The translations under genes and the position numbers were made by a program. From assembly GCA_000004695.1 (NCBI GenBank), contig CM000151.3, positions 320,001-384,000 of the forward strand: a DNA stretch of 64,000 nt, written 5' to 3'. This document shows, piece after piece, positions 11,243 to 23,049 of the stretch. Each line of letters opens with the position of its first letter. The stretch's first letter is position 1. Below the pieces are notes generated by a model. That model was not told the origin of the DNA and did no database searches. It was given only the letters and a program-made list of their open reading frames with translations. The stretch is from Dictyostelium discoideum. Its lineage: Eukaryota.

Positions 11243-12784
11243 TAAAAAGGATTTAGTAGATAAATTGTAAAAACATTCAAGATGGACAACCAAAAAAAAA
11301 AAAAAAAAAATTTTCTTTTAACGGGCGAATATATTTTATAAAAAATAATGTTTATATTGATGAACATTCAAATTAGACCCAAAAAAAAAAAAAAAAAAAA
11401 AAAAAAAATCGATAACAATTTAAATTTATTAATTTTTAATATGAATTTAGTATAGATAAATAAAGCACCCAAAAATACACAAAATGATATAAAATATATC
11501 AAAAACGAATTTAATTATTATTATTATTTTTAATTTTTTTTTTTTTTTTTTTTTTTTGGGTTCAATCGAGAAAAAAAAAATTAACTTGGCTGAAATAATT
11601 GTTTTATTTTTATTTTTTAATAATGAATTTAATCTTGATCAGTGTAAATATTTTTATTTTTTTAATTTTTTTATTTTTTTTTTTTTTTTTTTATTTTTTT
11701 TTTTTTTATTTTTTTTTGTTATCCCAGATTTTAATTTTTTATTTTTTATTCATCCCTTTTTTATTATATTTTAGTTATTTTATTTAACAACAAACACTGT
11801 TCTTTTTCTTTTATTTCTTTTAGTTTATCTTGGTCGAATTCAATGCCAAAACCATCATTATATGTTTCTTGAAGATCACCTAACATACAGAGTATTAAGA
11901 CGATTTTGTTTAAATGATCCAAATTTCCTCGGTATGTTGAAATTATTTTAAAATGATTAATTTTTTAAAAAAAAGTTTTCCACATACACACGGTTGGAGC
12001 TTACAAAATTAGGTAAAGATATATCTAGAAAAAAAAATAATAAAATAATAAAAAATAAAAAATACCAATAATATAATTATTTTAATAATAATAAAAAAAA
12101 AAAAAAATAAAAAAAATAAAAAAAATAATAATAAAATAAAATTAATAACAAAGTATTATAAGAAAGAGATTTGGTTATTTAAAATAATTACCCAATATTG
12201 GAAAGCTATCATGTTTACGAATAATTTGACCATTATTATAGTATTGTGGCTCTCTATTTTGGTCTTTTATAGTATATATTTGATCATGATCAGGAACCTG
12301 GGAATCCCTCAGGATGTAGTAAAATAATCTGTATGATCTAGTGCATACCTTACAATGAAATTTGACCACATGACTTTGCTTTTACCAGAATAGTATTTTT
12401 TTTTGGATTTGGTAATCAGTGGGAGTTTAAATATCAATAGGAGCAAGGAGCACAATTGGCAGAAGGATTTGATTTTCTTGGTGTTGGCATTTGTTTTCTT
12501 TTTTTTGGAATATGCATTTGCCGAGTATCAAGTATCATATTTTATTACCCACAAGAGAGCAAATAAGCGTTTTATTTGGGTCTGATGTGGCCAATAAATG
12601 GTCAATCAAAAATAATTGTTTACCTTTAAAAACAACATTGTTTCCTTTTTTACACTGTTCAGCAATTGCAAGTGAAAAAGCTAATATAAAACCCAATATA
12701 GATGCTTTTGGAAATATTGATGTGTTGATCCAACCAAAGGAAATAAAAAAAGTTGATGAAGAAGAATGGATCGAGAATTAATTA

Positions 12785-13040
12785 ATTGGAAAAAAAAAAT
12801 CAAAAAAAATCAAATCAAATCAAATCAAATCAAATCAAATCAAATAAAATCCAATCCAATAAAATAAAATAAAATAAAATAGAATCGAATTAAATTAAAC
12901 AAAATCAAAAAAAAAAAAAAAAAAAAAAAAATTAATTAATTAATTAAATAAATAAATAAAATTGGATAATGCAAATTAATCTTTATTTTGTTTTTAAATT
13001 ATTATTTATTATTATTGTTTTTTATTATTTATTATTTTTT
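12785..13040 (+). repeat. About 250-bp dispersed repeat: a (CAAAT)n microsatellite plus a conserved unique tail (..ataaaattggataatgcaaattaatctttatttt.tttttaaattattatttattattattg..). Second copy at 20085-20310; partial at 51320-51440.
   Basis: Direct comparison of the two regions. Confidence 0.55.
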
Positions 13041-13148
13041 GAAATATTGCGATTTCTCGCAACTCTATTGTTTTTATCAATTTAATAATAATAAAAAAAA
13101 AAAAAAAAAAAAAAAAATTTTCATTTACAATTTTTACAAAAAATAATA

Positions 13149-13960
13149 ATGTCAACAAATAAAAAAGTTAAAACAGATAATAATAATAAAATATTTCAAG
13201 ATTTAATTGATTTTGAAATTTTAAGATATTTAATCGATTATTTATTAATCAGCAAGAAAAATAAAAATAAAAATAAAAATAATAATCAATATGAAATTAA
13301 TAGATTTTATTTTAATAGAAATGAAATATTAAATTATATATTAGTTTCAAAAAAGTGGTATAATTTTATATCATTAACAATATCAAATAATATTATTGAA
13401 AAAAAATCATTTGAACATTTGTTAGAAATTAAAAATAATAATAAAAAATCATTTATTAAAAATTATAATAATCAAAATCAATATGATAAAAATAATTTAA
13501 TTATCAAGGATCTATATTAGTTTTAATAAAGAGTTTTCAATTATAAAAATCAAAGAATCAATAATCGATGATTATTTAAAATTTAATTTATTTTTATATG
13601 GCATTACAGTTAATGATTTTAAAGAAATTAAAAAGAAATATATTTGATAATAATCAATTAGTTTATAATAGAATTGTATTTGATGTTTACTAATGATACA
13701 GATTATGATTATGGTGATTATAGTATTTTATTTAAAATACATAAATATGTATCAAATGAAAATTCAGAAATCATATCAAACTTATTTAAAATATTATAAT
13801 TAAATTTCGATCCTTTTTTAACCACTGGTTATAGCCCAAAATCTGAACATGATGAAAGTTATAAGAAATGTAGTGAAATATATTTTAATAAATTATCAAT
13901 TATGGGTTCTGATAGAGATATTAATATGGTAATTTTAGACTCCTGAAATTGATATGGATG
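13149..13960 (+). pseudogene. Family-1 paralog, copy 4, degraded by frameshifts and stops after about 125 codons
   Basis: ORF 13149-13520 MSTNKKVKTDNNNKIFQDLIDFEILRYLIDYLL... followed by collinear but out-of-frame homology. Ends in a fragment of the 'aaattaatatggctgctgaaattaatatgg' terminal-repeat unit at 13935-14030. Confidence 0.6.
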
Positions 13961-14338
13961 CAAATTAAATTAATATGGCTGCTGAAATTAATATGGCTGC
14001 TTAAATTAAATTAATATGGATGCAAATTAATAAATAAATAAATAAAAAAAAAAAAAAAAAAAAATTTAATTTATAAAAAAATTTAGAATAATATTCATAA
14101 TCCATTTTTCAAAACAATAATAAAGAATAACAAATAATAACTATCAGTAATAATATTAAAAAAAATAAAAAAAATAAAATAAAAGAAATAATAAAATAAA
14201 AAAGAGGTACAATTCAGGTTTCTGAATTTCTTTTTTTTCAATTTATTAATAAAAAGAATTCTTTTTAAAAAAATATTCAAACTAAATATCAACATTACAC
14301 TTTTCAAATAAATTTAGAAAATAGTATTAAAATAATAA

Positions 14339-14375
<37 letters not shown>

Positions 14376-14484
14376 ACTTTCTAAAAAAAAAACCAACTAC
14401 CAATCAAAAGATTTTTTTTTTTTTTTTTTTTTTATTTTTTTTTTTTTTTTTAATTTGTCAGACTCTTAAAAATTTAAACAAATA

Positions 14485-16395
14485 ATGTCAACATATAAAA
14501 TTAAAATAGATAATAAAATATTTCAAGATCTTATTGATTTTGAAATTTTAAGATCAATAATTAATTATTTATTAACCAGCAAAAAAAATAAAAAAAAAAA
14601 TAGTACTAATAATAGCAATACTAGTAATCAATACAAAATTAATAAATTTTATTTTAATAGAAATGAAATATTAAATTATATATTAGTTTCAAAAAAGTGG
14701 TATAATTTTATATCATTAACAATATCAAATAATATTATTAATAATAACTTTTTTGAACATTGGTTAAAAATTAATAATAATAAATCATTTATTGAAAATT
14801 ATAATAATCAAAATCAATATGATAAAAATAATTTAATTTTTAATAACAAAGGTCGTAAACAATATAAAATTAGTTTTAATAAAGAGTTTTCAATTATAAA
14901 AATCAAAGAATCAATAATCAATGATTATTTTAAATTCAATTTATTTTTAAATAATATTACAATTTATGTTTTTAAAGAAATTAAATACAAATTTGAAAAC
15001 AATCAATTACTTTATAATAGAATTGTAGTTAATATGGATACAAATTATGGTGAAGGGAATAAAGATGAAATTTTATTTAAAATACATAAATATGTATCAA
15101 ATGAAAATTCAGAAATCATATTAAATTTATTTAAAATATTAGAATTAAATCATGATTTTATGATAACCCATCTTCCGGGTTCTGAAGAGGTGGAGGATGA
15201 AGGTAATAAGAAATGTACTGAATTTCATTTAAATAATTTATCAATTTGTTGTTTTGATAGATGTGTAGGTGAAGATAGAAAAACATTAAAGATATTCAAA
15301 AATTTCAAAGGTAAAAATATAATTTATGATGGACCCAATGTTACTTATGATATTACAACATATATCGATTATTCAGTATTATTTGACCCAGACACTTCAG
15401 GTCAACAAGTTGAATCTATTAAAGTAAAAAATGAATATGAGGATTGTGCTAATTTTGTTGAAGCACGTCATTTAATCAAAGTTAATCAATTTGAAAATTT
15501 ACATTCAATTAAAATACCATTGAATTCATTTCAAATATTATCAAACTTATCTGAAGAATTGGGGTTTGATGGTTTCGATTGTTTTAAATCAGATTTTGGT
15601 TATTCAGATAATATGAAATCAGAATTAAATCAAATGATAAATTCATTTATTACAAGTAAATCTATAAAGAATTTAAAAATAACATCCATTATTTCAACAG
15701 AAGATTCTCCAATTGAATATCATACTTCTTGTGATGAAAGTAATATTCAAACTTTTATTAATAATATAAATGAAAGTAAAGAATCATTTTCAAATTCATT
15801 TAAACCATTATTTTCAGAATTGAATACATCAATTGAAAGAATTGAATTTGATTGTATGGGTTTATTAAATATCAATACATTTTCAAAATTGCTAAATAAT
15901 AAATCCATTAAATATTTATATTTATATGATAGTGATTTCATTTTTTATTCACTAAAACCAACTGGTGGTGATAGTGATGATGATGATGATGATGATGGTG
16001 ATGGTGGTAGTGCAGTACTTCAAGAAACTATTTCAATTAATCAATATTTATTTGAAAATATATTTTCATCACCATTAACATCAATTAGACATTATAAAAT
16101 TAATTTCAAAGAATCAAAACAATTAAAATTCATATTTAATTTAATATTAAATAATATTTTTAAATTACAATTATATTCATTAATATTTGTATTCAATGAT
16201 AACGAATTAATTGGTGAATTTGTTAAAGAATTTAGAAATTTAATTAATAATATTTCAACACAACAACAACAAAAATCAAATAACATAAATTTGAAAGAAA
16301 TTAAAATTGAAATGTATGATGAAAACTATTTCCAAGAATTAAATAATATTAATAGCCCATATTTCAAAACTGTAATAAAGAATTACCAATATTAA
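14485..16395 (+). CDS. Family-1 paralog, copy 5 (636 aa, uninterrupted)
   Basis: Long ORF collinear with copy 1 (MSTYKIKIDNKIFQDLIDFEILR...SIRHYKINFKESKQLKF...). Conserved 5' leader (aaatttaaacaaataatgtcaaca) and conserved 3' flank (caaactaaatatcaacattacacttttcaaataa). Confidence 0.7.
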   Translation: MSTYKIKIDNKIFQDLIDFEILRSIINYLLTSKKNKKKNSTNNSNTSNQYKINKFYFNRNEILNYILVSKKWYNFISLTISNNIINNNFFEHWLKINNNKSFIENYNNQNQYDKNNLIFNNKGRKQYKISFNKEFSIIKIKESIINDYFKFNLFLNNITIYVFKEIKYKFENNQLLYNRIVVNMDTNYGEGNKDEILFKIHKYVSNENSEIILNLFKILELNHDFMITHLPGSEEVEDEGNKKCTEFHLNNLSICCFDRCVGEDRKTLKIFKNFKGKNIIYDGPNVTYDITTYIDYSVLFDPDTSGQQVESIKVKNEYEDCANFVEARHLIKVNQFENLHSIKIPLNSFQILSNLSEELGFDGFDCFKSDFGYSDNMKSELNQMINSFITSKSIKNLKITSIISTEDSPIEYHTSCDESNIQTFINNINESKESFSNSFKPLFSELNTSIERIEFDCMGLLNINTFSKLLNNKSIKYLYLYDSDFIFYSLKPTGGDSDDDDDDDGDGGSAVLQETISINQYLFENIFSSPLTSIRHYKINFKESKQLKFIFNLILNNIFKLQLYSLIFVFNDNELIGEFVKEFRNLINNISTQQQQKSNNINLKEIKIEMYDENYFQELNNINSPYFKTVIKNYQY

Positions 16396-16639
16396 CTGGT
16401 AACAATATTAAAAAAAAAAATAAAATAAAATAAAAATAATAATATTCGGAAAACATTGAAACCATAATGTTAAAAATAAAAAATAAAAAATAAAAATAAA
16501 AATAAAAATAAAAATAAAAATAAAAATAAAAATAAAAATTAAAAATAGTTATAAAAATAATAATAAAAATAAAAATAAAAAAATAATAATTAAAATAAAA
16601 ATTTTGTTTGTTTAAATTATCATTTTTATCTTTAAAATT

Positions 16640-17840
16640 GAAAAAAAGGTCTGAAGTGATTTGGTTAATCAGTAGTTGTGAACGTGATTATGTTGTTGGA
16701 TATGTTTGTTTGTTGTTGTGATGTTTGAGTTTATTGTATTGTTGATGTATTATTAAAAGAGTGAAAATCTTGATTTTTACCAATCACTGATGCTGCATTA
16801 ACACTAACGACTAATACAATGTCATTGAATTTGAAAATTTCCTAAAATATGACCTGTCTCTACCACCTAAACTACTATTTTCTCTTCTTATACCACAATC
16901 AATACTATTTCCATCAACAGAATTTAAACTTGATAAACTTGTTGTTGATGCTACTGTTGCTGTATATTGAATTGAAGACGTAGAGCTGATAATTTTACGA
17001 CTAATTGGTAAATGATCTTTTGAAACGGATCTTAATAATTGATGGAAATAGAAACCAACTTGAAACTCACGAGGCGGTCTCTCTGGTTTTAAGAATAATT
17101 GAATCTTGAAATAGAATTGAAAAGGTTCCAATAGAATTCGTTCTGTTGTTGTTACACATGAAGATTATAATGATTCAAATTAAAGTAATGAATTCTCCCA
17201 TTTACTAACTAGATATCTAAAATGAATTCACTATTGGATATGGATCTCTCTTTATTCTTTAAAACTTCAAAAACTGACAAAACAAAAGCATCCGATTTTA
17301 AACCTGCCAATTTGGTTAGTCTATTGGTAATTTCACCACTAGTTGTGGCACTATCGATATCAACACCGCTCTGCCACGTCGTCAGGGAAAAGGAATTGAA
17401 CTTTTAATGGTACTTTTTGCCAAATGCTTCGATCTCCATATCTACACAGGTGTGTTAATGAACGTGAACCCAATTGAGTGATTGCATAGAGATAATACTT
17501 CACCACCTCTACTTTGTTTAAAAGAGTGTAAATAGTTGAAACATACTTTGAAAATCTTTATATCAGGTGCAAAGTGATAACAATTCCCAACCTAGCTTTA
17601 TTCTCTCTCTTTTACCTGGATGACCTGTCAATTGTTTAATGATTTGATAATAGATCTCATCACGTAACTCTGGATGATTTAAATGTGGTTTCTTTCTTTC
17701 TTTCTTTCTTTCTCCCATATATTGTAAAATATGTGAAAATACTAATGCTATCTTTTTAAAATTTGCAATTTATATTATTATCATTATTTGATGAAAATAT
17801 TTTATTAACAACACCTGGTGATGCAGAAAGGGTAGTTGAT
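16640..17840 (+). repeat. Segmental duplication, copy 2. It carries an extra about 480-bp block (16850-17330) absent from copy 1.
   Basis: See 10230-11100. The extra block carries minus-strand ORF 16811-17131. Confidence 0.6.
16811..17131 (-). pseudogene. Orphan C-terminal coding fragment (...[50 protein letters not shown]). A paralogous fragment lies at about 30780-30990 (-), adjacent to an (AAC)n tract.
   Basis: Minus-strand translation at 30800-30900 gives TTTASTINLTSLSGLNSIDGSSICRG*, homologous to this ORF. Confidence 0.3.
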
Positions 17841-18011
17841 GGACAAAAGCCAAACTAGTAATACCTTGTGGTGTGAGGGTTTGAATAGAGAAAAATCTGG
17901 AATTTTTCTGAATATACCTTTACCAGTGGAGAGATAATCGATAGCCAACGTTCGGGAACAGAAAGCAACGATTGGAATTACAATTTACTATTACCGTACT
18001 ACTACTACTAT

Positions 18012-18059
<48 letters not shown>

Positions 18060-18296
18060 CACTTCTACAATCTTTACTATTCTTTCCAATTGGTGCTATC
18101 ATCTGGAGTTTAATTTCTATGAATCCATAACCTATCTGTTATTTTGTAACTAATTCGAGCGTATTATGCCTGCGAGAAACTCAAAAAGATATCTCAATTT
18201 TTTAATTTTTTTTTTTATTTTTTTAATTTTTTTTATTTTAATTTTTTTTTTTTTTTTTTTGAAATCTTCCCTCTTATATAATTTAAACAAATAATA

Positions 18297-18480
18297 ATGT
18301 CAACAAATAAAAAAGTTAAAACAGATAATAATAATAAAATATTCCAAGATATTATTGATTTTGAAATTTTAAGATCTATTATCAATTATTTATTAACCAG
18401 CAATAATACTAGTAATAATAATAATAGTAATCAATATAAAATTAAAAAATTTTATTTAAATAGAAATGAAAAAGCAGGTA
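18297..18480 (+). pseudogene. Family-1 N-terminal fragment (61 conserved codons), truncated at the 95-bp GC repeat
   Basis: MSTNKKVKTDNNNKIFQDIIDFEILRSIINYLLTS...FYLNRNE, then loss of homology at about 18475 followed by the inverted copy of the 5795-5885 repeat (18540-18632). Confidence 0.55.
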
Positions 18481-18872
18481 TCTATTGGTTAGATAAGCAT
18501 TCACTGATTTAGTCGATAATATTAAGATTGATGAATATAAAAAGAGATAAATTTTAGCATATAGCTTTTTATTTTAAGGGATAGGCCCCATTTTCAAAAA
18601 ATGACGGGGAACCTATGACCCTGTGTGCACCAAATACAGTAGGTTACTATGTCAACGATCTCCTTTACACAATGTCATCACCACATTCAACTTATTATGA
18701 GGCCACTGACACACCCAAAGGTACAACTTACTTTGTTTTAGTAGTTACAATAAAATTGTTCAAATTAATACACAAAATGATATGAAATATAAAAAAAATG
18801 AATATTATAATTCTATTTTTAGAATTTTTTTTTTTTTTTTAATTTATTATCATAAAAACATTTTTGGTTGTG

Positions 18873-18908
<36 letters not shown>

Positions 18909-18949
18909 AACATTAACCAGTCAGGTACGCTCTATAAACAAAATATAAT

Positions 18950-19039
18950 GTCAACAAGTAAAAAAATTAAAACAGATAATAATAATAAAATATTTCAAGA
19001 TCTTATTGATCTATAACCAATTATTTATTAACCAGCAAA

Positions 19040-19109
<70 letters not shown>

Positions 19110-19420
19110 TTTCTTTTTAAAGTTGAAAAAAAAAAAAAAAGGTATGCTACAAGAAATCAAAAAATTCTTCGAAAATTAATGAAGTTTTTTTACATTATAT
19201 AATGATAAGGAATTAGTTGATGAATTTATTAAAGAATTTAAAAATCTAATAAATAATATTTCAACAAAACAAGAACAAAAATCAAGAAACATATTTTTTA
19301 AAGAAATTTCTTTACGTATTAATATGATTCAATTCTTCTAAATACGTAAATAAGTATTTAGAAGAATTGAATCATATTAATAATCCATTTTTCAAAACAA
19401 TAATAAAGAGTTACCAATTA
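18950..19420 (+). pseudogene. Heavily deleted family-1 copy: start fragment at about 18953-19040 and C-terminal fragment at about 19195-19420
   Basis: aatgtcaacaagtaaaaaaattaaaacagataataataataaaatatttcaagatcttattgat...; later ...ttagttgatgaatttattaaagaatttaaaaatctaataaataatatttcaac...ccatttttcaaaacaataataaagagttaccaa. A 28-bp inverted duplication lies at 19318-19381. Confidence 0.5.
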
Positions 19421-20029
19421 CAATACAAAACTATCAGTAATTATATTTAAAAAAAATAAAATGAGGTACATCTTAATCAAGGTTTCTATTTCAATTAATT
19501 ACAATTACTAATAAATAATTTGAAAATTATCAAACCAAATATCAACATTCTATTTTTCAAATAAAATTAATAATATAATTTATTTATTTTTATTTGTTTT
19601 TTTATAATTTATTAATTTACTTTTTTTTCACTATTTTTTTTTAATTGAAAAGGGGTAGGGGTGAAAAAAAGAAAAAAAAAGGGAAAATGTAAAGGTGAAT
19701 AATTTCTGAAAAAAAAAAAAAAAAAAAGTGGAAAATTCCACAATAAAATTTTAACTCAATCTAATAAAAATGCCTCAATAATAATGTTTTAAATTTCAAA
19801 TGTATCATTCTTCCATATGATGTTTCTGAAACCAATAAATTCCCTTCCCATGGACTTCTGATGATCCTCTTGATATAGCCATCAACCTTCCAGATTGTTA
19901 TGAATATAGTATACAATAGTGTTAGCCAATTTCCGGAAAAAAAATCCAATTTATGGCGGAAAATGGAAAATGGAAGATTTTCCAATATATTTTTAAATAG
20001 TGGAAATAATTGGAAAAAAGATTATAATG

Positions 20030-20091
<62 letters not shown>

Positions 20092-21329
20092 AATCAAATC
20101 AAATCAAATCAAATCAAATCAAATCAAATCAAATCAAATCAAATCAAATCAAACCAAATCAAATCAAATCAAATAAAATAGAATCTAATCAAATTAAACA
20201 AAATCAAAAAAAAAAAAAAAAAAAAAAAAAATAAATAAAATTGGATAATGCAAATTAATCTTTATTTTATTTTTAAATTATTATTTATTATTATTGTTTT
20301 TTTTATTATTTTACCTTTATTTTTTTTTTTTTTTAATTAATAATCGTCAAGATATTACAAAAAAAAAATAAAAAATAAAAATTAAATTTAGTAATAGTTT
20401 AAAAAATAAAGAGTATTTTTATTATTTATTTTTTTTATTTTAAAAATTTTACCAAAACAAAGTCTGCTAGTTTTTTTTTACTTTTTATTTTTAGCCTTAT
20501 TTTTATAAAAATAATTAGTCGTTAAAACATATCATTTATGTTCAATATACAAACTATACTTACTCAGAATCTACAAATTTTTATCCGTTAATTGTGGTTA
20601 TAAAGTGTTTTTAATTTCAAATATTATATAAAAAAAATAAAATTTTAAAAATAACCAATTTGTAATAAAAACAAATAAAAATTATGTAACTATTTGTAAA
20701 ATAAACTTTTCAAATAAATAATATTAATAATTATAGAAAAAGATTTTTAAGTTATCATTATTTTTTTTTTTTTTTTTGGTTTTGTTATTTTTTTTTTAAT
20801 ATGAAATTTGTAATATTATTAAAATGGTATTTTTAGATGATAACTGTTAAAAAATGTGGTTAAATTTTATGAAACTTTTATAAAAACTTAGTGTGTTTAT
20901 TTGATTTTTTTTTTTGTTTTTATTTTTTTTTCTCACTTTAGTAAAAAAAAAAATAAAAAAAAAAAATAAAAAATTAATGAATAATAAATAAATTGAATTG
21001 GGTGACCCATAATTAATAAATAATTAAAAAAAAAAATTTTTTGCTGACCCTGGTTAATTGAAAAAAAAAAAAATGGAAAAAATATTATATTAATATGGAA
21101 GTTTTTAAAAAAAACATGGAATGGAAGGGAAATTAAAAAAAACACCCTTTTTTTCCAAAAGTGGAAAAAGGTCGAACACTGGTATACAAGTTTGAATGAT
21201 AATTTTTTGATCACTTTAAACCTTACCAAAAAAACACATATTTTTTTTTTAATCATAATTTTTTTTTTATTACAATTCAATTCTGAAAAAATTTTATAAT
21301 TTTTTATTTTTGTTTTCATTGTTTCAGAT

Positions 21330-21751
21330 CTAATAATGAAAAACTTTTTTTGGTTGTCTACTTAGATATATTGTAACAAAGATTAAATTCATTAAGTTAT
21401 CTGCTCTTCTCCATGAGCCCTTAGATGATGGAGGAATATCAAATTCTTCTCCTCCGTATTCAATTTTACCTGTTATTACTTTAAATTCTTTATTGGTTAA
21501 AATTGGGCCTTCAATTGTGTATCCAGAAAGTCTAAAAGTATATGGTGCAGGATAAGGTAATATAGGTAGAGGATACTCTATATTTTTAAAAAAGCCAGAA
21601 GAATGAAATTAAATGTTTATTTTTTAATATATAAACTAAAATTAAATATTTATAAATTAATAATTCTAATTAACCTACCTGTACCACTTATTGTTGATCT
21701 CCCTTTATCAGTAAATATTGTAATTTTAAATTCAGGCACTTCTTCAGCCAT
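21330..21751 (-). CDS. Small 2-exon gene of unknown function (about 106 aa): exon 1 21679-21751, intron 21578-21678, exon 2 21330-21577
   Basis: MAEEVPEFKITIFTDKGRSTISGT / EYPLPILPYPAPYTFRLSGYTIEGPILTNKEFKVITGKIEYGGEEFDIPPSSKGSWRRADNL.... Canonical GTAGGT...ATAG intron of 101 nt. Non-repetitive composition and normal codon usage. Confidence 0.45.
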
Positions 21752-22280
21752 TCTATAATTTATTTATTTATTTTAATTTAAAGTTAAAATTTAAATAAAT
21801 ATTTTTTTTTTATTTTGAAAGATGAAAAAAAAAGATTAAATACTAAAAAAAAAAGAATGAAAAGAAAAAAAAAAAAGAAAAAAAAGAAAAAAATTAAAAA
21901 TATTGTTTTATTACTATGATCCAATTATTCAAAATATCATAATAATCTCTCTCATATCTCCATTAAAAAAAAACAGAACTAAAATTATTAAAAAATTACA
22001 ATAAATCATCTTCACCCCATTGTTAACCAAAACAGTTTTTTTTTTTAATATTGGCTGAAAAAAAAATTTTAGAAAATTCATTATTTTATTAGATATTTTA
22101 TGACACGTAATTTCTCACTTTTAATAAAGAGATTGTAATTTAATAAAATTTTTAACAAATTAATATTAATTAATAATATATCATATTTTAATATAAAATT
22201 ATCATTAAATAATAAAAAAAGAATTAGCCCATAATAAAAATACAAATAAATATTAATTACACCCCCAACGAGCAAAATGA

Positions 22281-22394
22281 CTACGTAACCCCTGTAAGCG
22301 GCTAATAGGCCTGTAAGACGAATAGCCGGATTTGTGGGCTACACTGGTTGTAAGGATTACAAGGGCTACTAACCGCTTATAGGGGTTATGTAGT
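22281..22394. ncRNA. Candidate structured RNA or repeat remnant: a GC-rich island (22255-22400) that can form an approximately 30-bp stem closing a 52-nt loop
   Basis: ctacgtaacccctgtaagcggctaataggcc ... ggctactaaccgcttataggggttatgtag form an imperfect inverted repeat with 4 mismatches; on either strand 2 of the 4 are G-U-compatible. No coding potential. Confidence 0.25.
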
Positions 22395-22421
22395 TATTTG
22401 AATTCGTTTAAAAATAATATT

Positions 22422-22499
22422 CAACGAAATTTCAAACAAAGAAATAAACAAATATATTTATATATAAATTTGCTTATTTCTTTGTTTGAAATTTCATTG
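22422..22499. repeat. Near-perfect 38-bp-arm palindrome immediately downstream of the GC island
   Basis: caacgaaatttcaaacaaagaaataaacaaatatat | atatataaatttgcttatttctttgtttgaaatttcattg (3 mismatches). Confidence 0.55.
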
Positions 22500-22850
22500 A
22501 AAAAAAATAATAAAATTTCATTAAAAAAAATAAATAAACGGAATTCCATAAAATAAATAAAAAATAAATAAACAAATAAACAAATAAATAAATAAATAAA
22601 TAAATTTAATTTTCAATAACATTTAATTCCTTTATTTTTAAAATTTTTTAATCTGAACTAAAATTTTTTTTTTTTTTTTTTTTTCTAAAATTAATATTAG
22701 TATATCATAATAAAGATTGTAAAACTTTTGTTTATTTTAAGTGAATATTTATGAATTACAATTTTTTTTTAAATGTTACAAATGTCGCTGTATTTTTTTA
22801 AGTGTTACAAAATGTTTTTTATTGGTTTTTTTTTTTTTTTTTTTAAATTT

Positions 22851-22883
<33 letters not shown>

Positions 22884-23049
22884 CTAAATAAAATCCGTTA
22901 CACCATAAAAATGTTTTTTATTTGTTTTTTTTTTTATTTTTTTTTTTATATTTTTTTTTATATTTATTTATTTTTTTTTTTTTTTTATTTTTTAATTTCC
23001 CCCACCACCACAACAATGAAAAATAATTTATATATTTAAATTATTTTAA

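Noticed and set aside
11556-11787. AT-rich ORFs made of poly-Phe/Ile/Leu/Tyr/Lys codons (11556-11787, 5920-6141, 14095-14307, 20933-21319, 22081-22275, 22773-23039, 29022-29267, 30411-30602, 37936-38160, 44802-44987, 49792-49974, 53872-54084, 56109-56462 and others)
   Set aside because: Translations of homopolymer or simple-repeat DNA (T-runs, A-runs). No codon structure, no paralogs, and they lie in intergenic deserts.
12175-12781. ORFs 12175-12369 (-), 12403-12585 (+) and 12491-12781 (+), and a possible minus-strand exon 11790-11940 (…GNLDHLNKIVLILCMLGDLQETYNDGFGIEFDQDKLKEIKEKEQCLLLNKITKI*)
   Set aside because: Composition is gene-like and a minus-strand gene may exist here, but I could not assemble a consistent exon chain or recognise any domain, so no call is made.
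17920-18102. (TAC)n / poly-Ser ORF 17920-18102 and (GTT)n tract 30899-30975
   Set aside because: Pure trinucleotide microsatellites. The latter may be the poly-Thr/Asn part of the orphan fragment at 30780-30990 but has no independent support.
19727-19986. GAAnnTTC / TTCnnGAA heat-shock-element-like motifs (ggaaaattcc at 19727-19739, tttccggaaaaaa near 19935-19945) and tggaaaatggaa repeats
   Set aside because: Short motifs of this type arise by chance in A/T-GGAA-rich sequence. There is no adjacent supported gene start.
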